Shown in pieces: positions 17,552 through 26,400 of a stretch of DNA of 44,231 nt. Each line of letters opens with the position of its first letter. The first letter of the stretch is position 1. Made by a program: the position numbers and the translations under genes. Source of the stretch: Pseudomonadota bacterium (lineage in GTDB: Bacteria > Pseudomonadota > Gammaproteobacteria > Pseudomonadales > Cellvibrionaceae); contig JBEGTZ010000037.1 in NCBI GenBank assembly GCA_041179125.1, forward strand, positions 1 through 44,231, read 5' to 3'. The notes under the pieces were generated by a model. It was given only the letters and a program-made list of their open reading frames with translations. It made no database searches and was not told where the DNA came from.

Positions 17552-19741
17552 ATGCGTTTTACCCGCACGTTAAGGTGTGTGGCATTAATGGCTGTTTTAG
17601 CGCTAGCCGATGCCGCCACGGCGCAAACCGTACCCTTTGAACGCTTACCCGCGCCGCAATATGCAGGCAAGGCCGCTGCCGAAATTTTAGTTAAACGCAC
17701 CCGCATTGACATAGACGAACAATGGCAAGCCACCTCTCAGGCTTATGCTGCTATTTATTTGCACACGGATGAAGCCGTGCGCGATTACAGCCAAATGAGT
17801 ATTGGTTTTAATAGTTTTTACGAATCGGTTAACTTGGAATTTGCGCGGGTAAAATCCCCGGACGGTAAAATTGATACATTGGCGGCGGATGCTGTACAGA
17901 TACAAAGCCCAGCAGATGAAAATTTTTATCAAGATGGCCGCGAGTTAACTTTTTCATTACCCAATTTACGCCCCGGCGCCACCATCGAATTTAAATACAC
18001 CCGGCGAGAAATTAAAAAAATAATTCCCAAGGCTTGGTTCGATAGTTTTTGGTTCAATTGGTGGGAAGAGCGCGCCGCAGGGCAGGGGATGCGTGTAGAC
18101 CCAATTATTGAAGCGAGTTTGGATATTTTTGCCCCATCCACCATGCCATTGCATGTAAAACCCAGCGAAAAACTCACCGCACAATTTTGGCAAAAAAAAC
18201 AGGGTGCAATTACCCAATGGCATTGGCAACAGGCGCAATCGCCAGAAATTATATTGCAAAGTGGTATGCCCCGCAGCGTGCATTTATTCCCGATGCTACA
18301 GGTTACAACACTACCTAATTGGAATGCGGTGGCGTTATGGGCCGATGGATTATTTACGCCGCATCTTGTCACCGACGCCAGCATTACCGCCATTGCACAA
18401 GGAATACAAAAAAATACTAAAACATCGGAAGATAAAGTAAAAAATTTATTTGCCTACATGCAGGATAAAATTCGCTATGTATTTGCCCATGTAGGCCGTG
18501 GTGGTTATGAACCGCACACCACCACTGAAATTGCTAAAAATGCGTATGGCGATTGTAAAGACCAAAGTATTTTAGTGGTAGCACTTGCGCGCTCTATGGG
18601 GTTAACCGCTTATCCTGCGTTAGTGGCTACACGGGGGCAGGGGTTGGCACAGTTGGATGCGCCAGCGGTTAATTTTGACCACATGATTGTTTATTTCCCT
18701 AAACAAAATGGGTTGGAAGAAACCTGGATGGATACCACCGCAGAAAGCAGTTATTTCCCTGGGTTTAGCACGGGGATAGAAGGCCAGCCTGCATTGATTA
18801 TCAAGCCGGACTCACAGGCATTAATTAATATTCCCACCCGTGCGGCGGCGAAACATCAAGCTGCATTGTTATTGCGTTTTAGAACGCCGACACCCGCATC
18901 AGTAACAGCCGATTTTACTTTGAATTTACACGGTGTATTCGAAGAAAGCCTGCGTGCAACCTGGTTGTACGCACCGGAAAAACAAAAAACTTTAAGTGAT
19001 ATGTTGGGTAATATTTACAGCTCTGGGCAATTGCAAAATTTAAAAGTAATTAATGCCGATAACCCTTTTGCACTGTTGCAGGTGTCGGGGGAGTTTGTGT
19101 TTAAAAATGCCTGGCAAGGTGAGGGCAAGCCCATATCCTATTCATTTGGTATTACCCAAATGTTGGGTGTGTTTAGCGATTTTATCCGCATGCATAAGCC
19201 TGCCGAGCGCAAACAACCGATAGAACATGACCCCGGTTATACGCTATCGGCACAGGTACAATTCAGCGCGCCTGCGGGTAATTATCAGTCGTTTTTGCAA
19301 TCGCGTGGCGGCAATTATCAAAACCCTTGGTTTACGCTGTCGCAATCGGTACAGGAAGAAAAAAACACGGTGCAGGTGAAATTAGACTGGGTTTTAAATA
19401 AACAAAAAATCAATTTAGTTGATTACCCAAAATATTATGCGGCGGTACAATCGGTATTAGATGGCGCTATCTGGCAAGTAAATTTTACGCCGCAAGAAAC
19501 ACAAGCGCCCAAAGGGAGTGCGGCTACCGGGCAGGAATCACAAGTATTAAATAGTGTTCACCGTCTTTTAGACGCGGGAAATTTTGCCGAAGCCTTGCGT
19601 GAGGCGCAGGCAGCCACACGTAAATTCCCTGCCAATGGCGAGGCGTTTTATCTTTTAGGATTGGCGCAAGGTTATACGGACCAGGGTGAGGCTGCTCAGC
19701 AGTCTTTTAACAAGGCGCGTGAATTGGGGTTTGTGCCGTGA
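17552..19741 (+). CDS. Secreted DUF3857/transglutaminase-like cysteine-protease-fold protein with C-terminal TPR-like tail
   Basis: Start taken at MRFTRTLRCVALMAVLALADAATAQ (signal peptide). Transglutaminase-core triad candidates are GDC(18554-18556)KD, FDHMIVY and WMDTT. C-terminal ...GNFAEALREAQ...GEAFYLLGLAQ is TPR-like. Confidence 0.75.
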   Translation: MRFTRTLRCVALMAVLALADAATAQTVPFERLPAPQYAGKAAAEILVKRTRIDIDEQWQATSQAYAAIYLHTDEAVRDYSQMSIGFNSFYESVNLEFARVKSPDGKIDTLAADAVQIQSPADENFYQDGRELTFSLPNLRPGATIEFKYTRREIKKIIPKAWFDSFWFNWWEERAAGQGMRVDPIIEASLDIFAPSTMPLHVKPSEKLTAQFWQKKQGAITQWHWQQAQSPEIILQSGMPRSVHLFPMLQVTTLPNWNAVALWADGLFTPHLVTDASITAIAQGIQKNTKTSEDKVKNLFAYMQDKIRYVFAHVGRGGYEPHTTTEIAKNAYGDCKDQSILVVALARSMGLTAYPALVATRGQGLAQLDAPAVNFDHMIVYFPKQNGLEETWMDTTAESSYFPGFSTGIEGQPALIIKPDSQALINIPTRAAAKHQAALLLRFRTPTPASVTADFTLNLHGVFEESLRATWLYAPEKQKTLSDMLGNIYSSGQLQNLKVINADNPFALLQVSGEFVFKNAWQGEGKPISYSFGITQMLGVFSDFIRMHKPAERKQPIEHDPGYTLSAQVQFSAPAGNYQSFLQSRGGNYQNPWFTLSQSVQEEKNTVQVKLDWVLNKQKINLVDYPKYYAAVQSVLDGAIWQVNFTPQETQAPKGSAATGQESQVLNSVHRLLDAGNFAEALREAQAATRKFPANGEAFYLLGLAQGYTDQGEAAQQSFNKARELGFVP

Positions 19742-21243
19742 AAATACCGGAGAATTTTTTGTGTATTTTAACGCGGGCATTTATTTTATTCGGTGTGTTT
19801 GTATTGGTGAGTTGCGCCACGCCACGCCAGCAAACGGGCACAAGTGCTGGCCGTGCAGCAAGTTCCGATGAATCAAAATTACCCTGGCGCGAAACCGAAG
19901 GCATAAGTGCGCAGAGCTGGCAGGAAAAACAACAACAAAATTTAGCCCTGCTGGCCGATGACCCCGCGCATCCTGATGCCCACGCTATTCTTGCTGATAT
20001 GTATTTTAAGCAACTTATTTTGGCCGCAAGCCCCGCATTTAAACGCTGGGCACATTATCATTCTGAGAAAGCGTTAAAGGCTAAGCCGAATGATTTAGTG
20101 GTGCGCACATCGCATTATCGGCTGTTATATACCTTGGTACGTTTAGAGGGTGAGCCTGCGGCGTTAAATCAATTGCGGGAATTTTATTCGACTTTGCCCG
20201 AGTCCATGCGCAATGGGCTTTTCCCGCCCAGTTTGGCATTTTATTTATATCAAAGTGAGCAGGTTCATAAAGATTCAGACAAAAACCTACGCGCTGAACA
20301 CAGGCCCATTTTGTTGCAAGCATTAAAAGAGCAACCGGGTAATGCGCTGATTCATGTGCAATTAAGCCGTTATTATTTTGATTCGCGGCAAATTGATTTG
20401 GCGTTTGCCGTGTTGCATCAGGCCTTGCGGTTGGAGCCAACGAGTCCACAGGTGTTGTTGGCTATGGCGGAGGCTTACCGCAATTTGGCGCAGCGAGATG
20501 AGTGTATTTATGATCACCTGGATGAAATAAAACGTTCCACCCAATTTTATAAACAATTGTTAAGCCAGCCCAGTGTGGAAGCCCAAGTACATTGGGGGTT
20601 GATGGTGAATTACGCGCATTTGGGGTTGGCTCCTTTAAGTATTCGCGAAGGCGAGCAGGCTATAGGGCCGCAGGCTACGGCATTAAATCGGTGGGGTTTT
20701 GCCACATTTTTAATGTACCAAGGGCAGGCTAAACGGGCGGAAGAATTATTTTTATCCGCCAGCGCAGAAATACCCAAAACACCCTCCCGCGCCTTGGTTG
20801 AACATTATTTATTATTGGGGCAGTGGCGCAAAGCGGCGCTGGCATTTACTGCGTATATCAGTGCGGCGGAACAACCTGGGATTACCGATTTATTGTTGGC
20901 GAGTATGATTCAAGCTGAAAGCCAGGATAAAACGATTACGCTGTCCTCACTTTGGCGCACAGAGAAAAAAGCGCTTTATTTTAATGAGTTTGATGAGGCA
21001 CTAGCCAAATATTGGCGGGGTGAATTAAATGAGCAGGCATTTGCTGGTCATGTTAAATCCACTTGCCAACAGGCCACTTTTGAATTTTATGTGGGTTATT
21101 CAAATTTATTAAATAATCAAGTGGCCAAAGCAAAAGCATCGTTTGAAAAAGCTAAGGCTCATCCGCAACCCATGAATTTTGAAGTACAGATGGCGACTCA
21201 ATTTCTGCGGGGTTTGTTGGATAGTCGTGCGCCGAATAAATAA
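19738..21243 (+). CDS. TPR-repeat lipoprotein
   Basis: The GTG start overlaps the upstream stop (GTGA). Lipobox FVLVSC. Repeated A/L/Y-rich TPR-like helices throughout (e.g. AILADMYFKQ..., AFAVLHQALRLEP). Confidence 0.7.
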   Translation: MKIPENFLCILTRAFILFGVFVLVSCATPRQQTGTSAGRAASSDESKLPWRETEGISAQSWQEKQQQNLALLADDPAHPDAHAILADMYFKQLILAASPAFKRWAHYHSEKALKAKPNDLVVRTSHYRLLYTLVRLEGEPAALNQLREFYSTLPESMRNGLFPPSLAFYLYQSEQVHKDSDKNLRAEHRPILLQALKEQPGNALIHVQLSRYYFDSRQIDLAFAVLHQALRLEPTSPQVLLAMAEAYRNLAQRDECIYDHLDEIKRSTQFYKQLLSQPSVEAQVHWGLMVNYAHLGLAPLSIREGEQAIGPQATALNRWGFATFLMYQGQAKRAEELFLSASAEIPKTPSRALVEHYLLLGQWRKAALAFTAYISAAEQPGITDLLLASMIQAESQDKTITLSSLWRTEKKALYFNEFDEALAKYWRGELNEQAFAGHVKSTCQQATFEFYVGYSNLLNNQVAKAKASFEKAKAHPQPMNFEVQMATQFLRGLLDSRAPNK

Positions 21244-21560
21244 ATTTCTAAAAAATGGCAGGGATGAATTCTATGCCCTGTTTGAATTCACTTAGAGAAG
21301 TATTTGATTCACCCAATAGTTTGAATATTTGCCCCATTTCACCGCGTGCCTTGGTTGATGATTTGCTCAGCGCTTCTTAGATTAAAAAAGCATGAAATGT
21401 ACGATCCTCTCTTGATGTGCGCACATACTCATAGCCCTCTGTCACCCGAAATGACAACTTGTCCGCAAGCTACATTTTATCCCCTACTAAAGTGTGAATT
21501 TTATGCTAGATTTTATTGGAAATAGGAATATGATCGAACCGTTCCCAATGAGATGTAGCC

Positions 21561-22079
21561 ATGAACTGTTTTCGCCGCCCCTTGAATTTTGCAGCCGCCA
21601 GTGTGTTCTCTCTGTGCCTTCCTTTAGTGGGGTGGAGCAGTGAACCTGAATTGACCGCTGAGCCGGAGTTAAAAAAAACTCAATCCAGTGCAGATTGGTT
21701 GCTGGCACGTTATGACGTTAATGGTGATAAGGTTATTTCGACTGAAGAAATAAGCCAAAAGCGCGATAAAGTATTTACCAAAATGGATTTCAACCAGGAT
21801 GGCATTGTCAGTTTGGATGAGTTTGCCCGCTTAGATGAATTAAAACGTCAGCCCATTGTTACCGCGCGGTTTGGCACTTTGGATGCCGATAAAGACGGTG
21901 CGGTGTCTAAAGATGAATACCGTAATTATTTAGGTTCTTTTAAACAGTTCGATCAGGACGGTAATGGCCAAATTACCAGCGCCGAAATGGATAACCCGAA
22001 AGCCGCAGAGCAGGCTAAACCTGCACCTAAAACCCATTGCCTGTTGTGGGTGTGCTTGCGTGGCAGCATTAAAGATTAA
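21561..22079 (+). CDS. Secreted calcium-binding protein with four EF-hand loops
   Basis: Signal peptide, then four canonical loops: DVNGDKVISTEE, DFNQDGIVSLDE, DADKDGAVSKDE, DQDGNGQITSAE. Confidence 0.8.
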   Translation: MNCFRRPLNFAAASVFSLCLPLVGWSSEPELTAEPELKKTQSSADWLLARYDVNGDKVISTEEISQKRDKVFTKMDFNQDGIVSLDEFARLDELKRQPIVTARFGTLDADKDGAVSKDEYRNYLGSFKQFDQDGNGQITSAEMDNPKAAEQAKPAPKTHCLLWVCLRGSIKD

Positions 22080-22249
22080 TTGCGGTTTGTTTTCTAAAAT
22101 CCCCCCTCTGTAAACCTAAAAACTGCTATGGCCTAGGGTTTTTTGATTGGTAATTGTTCAGCATGTTTTTTATTCGCGTGAATTATCCCCGCGTAGGTAT
22201 GTAATTCATTGCCCTCATGACACACCCAGGCGCGATGAATCGCGCCCCC

Positions 22250-22300
22250 ACATGGTGAAATCCCCTGCGTGGTGAATTTCTCTGTGCGGTGAAATGGCGA
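22250..22300. repeat. Three tandem 17-bp direct repeats with core GGTGAA(A/T)T
   Basis: acatGGTGAAATcccct / gcgtGGTGAATTtctct / gtgcGGTGAAATggcga, with cores at 22254, 22271 and 22288 (exact 17-bp spacing). Preceded by a 7-bp-stem hairpin GGCGCGA-tgaa-TCGCGCC (22229-22246). Confidence 0.7.
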
Positions 22301-22320
22301 GGATTTTAATTAGGTTCCAA

Positions 22321-23136
22321 TTAAACCAATCCCGCAGGTGCCTCAATCCGCTCATCCGCTTCAAGCTTATCAAATAAGGTTTTAAATTGAGCCGTGAGTT
22401 TGTGGTTGCGTGCAAAGTAGATGAGTGGTTTGCAGGCGTAGTGGGATTCTTTCATTTTAATTGAGTTGTTTAAATATGTATCCAGCACCGGAAGTGCTTC
22501 ATTTTTGAGTTGCTCTATTAATGCATTAGGCAGTTTTGCTTGCGGCGTGTAATTATTAATAACAATTCCTTCTATAAGTAGCTTTGGGTTGTGGTCTTGT
22601 TTTAAGTCCACTAGATTTTCTAATAATTGATTGAGGCCCTGCTTGGAAAAGCTATCGCAGTCGTAGGGAATTAATACGCGATCGGCGGCGATAAGCGCTG
22701 TTTTGCTGAAGAAATTAAAGTTGGGCGGTGTATCGATATAAATTCGATCATAGTGTTGGTTGAGTTCATCCAGCACTTCACGCAACTTATATATTTTGTA
22801 GCGGGATTCCAGCTCTACCGCGAGCTGTGCCAGCAAGGGGCTTGCGCTTAAAAGGTCTAAATTATTAAACGGCGTTTCACGCACAAAGCTCAGAGCGGGT
22901 TCCGCACTGGCAAACCAAGTAGACGCGCTTTGCCGCAATAGCTGTGCGATATTGGCATCCGGGCTGGGAATGTTGGCCGCATGGATATCCAGCCCTAGAT
23001 AATAGCTGCTATTGCCTTGTACATCTAAATCCACTACCAAAGTACGCAACCCTTGATCTGCGCTGATCGCGGCCAGGTTGCAGGTGATGCTGGATTTTCC
23101 GACACCCCCTTTTTGATTAAACACTACACGTCTCAT
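22321..23136 (-). CDS. ParA/Soj-family (deviant Walker A) ATPase, orphan
   Basis: Start taken at MRRVVFNQKGGVGKSS (ATG 23136). KGGVGKS deviant Walker A with the signature Lys, DLDVQGN, IYIDTPP. The ORF-track extension to 23232 runs into the MITE copy and is unlikely to be coding. Confidence 0.85.
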   Translation of the reverse strand: MRRVVFNQKGGVGKSSITCNLAAISADQGLRTLVVDLDVQGNSSYYLGLDIHAANIPSPDANIAQLLRQSASTWFASAEPALSFVRETPFNNLDLLSASPLLAQLAVELESRYKIYKLREVLDELNQHYDRIYIDTPPNFNFFSKTALIAADRVLIPYDCDSFSKQGLNQLLENLVDLKQDHNPKLLIEGIVINNYTPQAKLPNALIEQLKNEALPVLDTYLNNSIKMKESHYACKPLIYFARNHKLTAQFKTLFDKLEADERIEAPAGLV

Positions 23137-23199
23137 ATATACGCTCGCTGTTTTGGGTTGTTGTGTTGGGCGGTTTATGGGGAGCGATTTAGGGCCGAG

Positions 23200-23374
23200 C
23201 TTAAACCTAAAAACCTCAGTTGGATCACCCAAGTCTGCGCAACCCCTTGACCCGCCTAGTAAATGTTAAAAAATTCGAACAACCAATAAGGTTGCCCTTC
23301 ATTTTTAACATTCACTATTCGAACCAATGGCTTACACAGCTTTTGGGCGCTCAACTGAGGTTTCTAGGTTAAAA
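23200..23374. mobile_element. 175-bp hairpin-forming MITE-like repeat, copy 2
   Basis: Reverse complement aligns end to end with 12982-13157. Located in the divergent intergenic region between the parA-like gene and the large sensor gene. Confidence 0.75.
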
Positions 23375-23486
23375 CCATACTTTTCCAGATCTGAACTAGA
23401 CTCAAGCTTATAACACCAAAGCCCCCACTTGGGATTGTGTCATAGCCGAACTGTTTTGTTCACGTATAGAGACCATCTGCCTGCCG

Positions 23487-26400
23487 ATGTTAGCCAAAGC
23501 GCGTCATTTCCTAGTTTTATTACTGCTTATTTTGCAGTTGGTTGGCGTGCGTGCGCAGGCGGCGCAGTATCGTTTTGAACGGTTAATGACGAGTGATACG
23601 GTATCTGTAGCGGCTACTAATGCCATTTATCAAGACCATCAAGGATTTATGTGGTTTGCCGGTAGCACAGGGCTTGCTCGGTATGATGGCAACGAATTTG
23701 AAATTTTCCAGCACGACCCTAAAAACCCAGCCAGCCTTAGCGCTAATTTTATTTGGGATGTCATTGAAGACGAAGACAACCTTTGGGTTGCCACGCATAA
23801 AGGATTAAACCAATTTGACCGCAGCAGTCAAAAATTTACCCGTTATTTAAGCGATCCTTCCAATCCGGGCAGTTTGGTGCATGACGACATTGCCCGCTTA
23901 TATGTAGATAGCAAAAATAGATTGTGGGTGGGTACGCGGGCGGGCTTGGATGAATATCTTTCTGCATCACATTCTTTTGCGCATCATTCATTACCAATAC
24001 CTCAAAGTTCTGGCAAAGATCAAAAAATTATTACTGCTATTTACGAAGACCAAAAAAAACGCCTGTGGGTTGGCGTGCAGGGGCGCGGCATTTTTATTCG
24101 CGATGAAAATAAAAAAGAATTTGAAGTGTTTAGCCTCCCTGGCACACTTAATTTTGACCTGTTAAATGCCACGGTTCGCGACGTAAAACAAGATAAAGAA
24201 GGCTTGTTGTGGTTGGCTACGGATAATGGCTTGTTAAAAATAGATGAAGCCAAAAATACCACTGTGTTGTATCAACATGAAGAAAACAACAAACACAGCC
24301 TACGGGATAACCGTCTTTGGAAATTAATGCTCGATAAAGAACAAAATGTGTGGATTTCCAGTGACCAGGGCGGTGTGGCGGTTTATATCCGCAGTGCCGA
24401 CCGTTTTGACCGTTATGAACACGACCCGTATAACGCGGACTCTGTTAACTCGGATAAAGTGAGGCAAATTTATCAAGATAGATTGGGTGATTACTGGGTT
24501 GGGTTATTTCCGGTGGGTGTGGATTATATTAATGCCGAAGTAGCCAATATTACTATTTATCGCCATCAGCCCGACCAACCCAAAGGCTTGCCCAACGATG
24601 CCTTATTGAGTATGTACCCGGCATTTGGTAACTCCGTGTGGATAGGTTCAGAAGCGGGTTTATCATTATTTGATACGGCAAAAAAAGAATTTACTAATTT
24701 TTCCCACGACGCTAACAACCCCAAAAGCATCAGCGCTAATGCGGTGTTATCCATGACCAAAGATATATACGGTAGTTATTGGTTTGGCACTTGGTCCGGT
24801 GGGCTTAATCGGTTTAATGAAAAGGATCAAACCTTCGAGCGCTTTATGCCGCAGGCGGATAACCCTAACTCACTTAGCTCCAGTTATATTTGGGGGTTAT
24901 TGGGTGATAAAGAGGGTAATTTATGGATTGGTACGGAAGCGGGAAGCCTGGATAAATACGCTATATCTACCGGGAAATTTACCCATTATGTGCCCAATGA
25001 AACGGACCCAAAAGCGCTCAGTGGGCGTTATATTCGCGCCATAGTGCAAGATAGCGATGGCGATATTTGGGTGGGCACTTTAAATGGCCTTAATAAATTT
25101 AACCCAGGCGATGAAAGTTTTACGCGTTATCAGCATGATGGCAATGTGTCCACTAGCCTGCCGCATAATTCGGTTGGTTATATTTTTGAAGATTCTAACC
25201 ATCATTTATGGGTAGCAACTGAAAATGGCGCTGCTCAATTCGATAAAAAAACCGGTGTATTTACCCGTTACTCGGTGGCTCAGGGCTTGGCCCATGAATC
25301 TGTTACCGCCATCACCGAAGATACAGAAGGTAATATTTGGTTTGCCACACTAAAGGGTTTAAGCCGTTTTAACCCAAAAACCCAAGCATTTCGCACCTTT
25401 TCTAAAGCGAATGGGCTTGCGGGTAATATTATGAGCAAACCCGTTATTTATGCAGCGCCAGATGGTTTATTGTTGGTGGGCTCCACTCAGGGTTTGGCGG
25501 TATTTAACCCTTCTAATTTGTTGGAAAACGCTTTGGTGCCACCGGTATTTTTAACCGGGTTTAAAATATTTAATAAAAATGTTCCTATTGCCCCGGAGGG
25601 GGATTTGTTAAATCGGCACATTCATAGTGTAAATAAAATCCATTTAAATTACCATCAAACCATGTTCTCCTTGGATTTCTCGGCGTTAAATTTCCGTAAT
25701 TCGAAAGAAAACCAATATCGATTCAAAATGGAAGGTTTCGATAATGATTGGATTGATGCCGGTGAGTTGCGTAGCGCAACCTATACCAATTTAAACCCAG
25801 GTGATTACCGGTTTATGGTGGTGGGTTCGAATAATAACGGCGTGTGGAATCAACTGGGCGCAGCTGTAGATATTCGAGTATCACCACCGCCTTGGCGCAC
25901 ACCGTATGCATATTGTTTTTATGCGCTGATGGTGATTGGCCTTATTTATATGTTTGTTCGCTCCCAGCGTCTTAAGGTGCAATATGAACAGGAAAAAGTC
26001 CTACAACTGCAAGCACTAAATAAATTAAAAGACGAATTTTTGGCTAATACGTCCCATGAATTACGCACGCCACTAAATGGCATTATTGGTATCGCTGAAG
26101 CCCTAGTGGACGATAATGGGGAGGAATTGGGAGCGCGTGTTTTAGCGCAGTTACAAATGATTGCGCAAAGCGGGCGGCGCTTATCAAACCTTGTGAATGA
26201 TATTTTAGATTTCTCACGGATGCGCCATAAGGGCTTTGATTTACGCTTGCGCTCAATTAATGTGGTTAATCTTACCAATTCTGTTGTGAGTATGACGCTG
26301 CCCTTGGCGCGCAAGAAAAACCTACAGGTATTCTGCGAATTAAATGAAAACCTTTCCCGTGTGGCGGCAGATGAAGAGCGCTTGGAGCAAATTCTTTATA

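Noticed and set aside
22020-22079. C-terminal ...KTHCLLWVCLRGSIKD of the EF-hand protein as a possible sorting tag (PEP-CTERM / GlyGly-CTERM-like)
   Set aside because: The hydrophobic stretch is only ~6 residues, too short for a TM helix, and lacks the signature motifs of known C-terminal sorting domains.
23137-23232. Upstream extension of the parA-like ORF (MGDPTEVFRFKLGPKS...)
   Set aside because: It reads into the terminal inverted repeat of MITE copy 2. ParA proteins start a few residues before the KGGxGK motif, so the ATG at 23136 fits.
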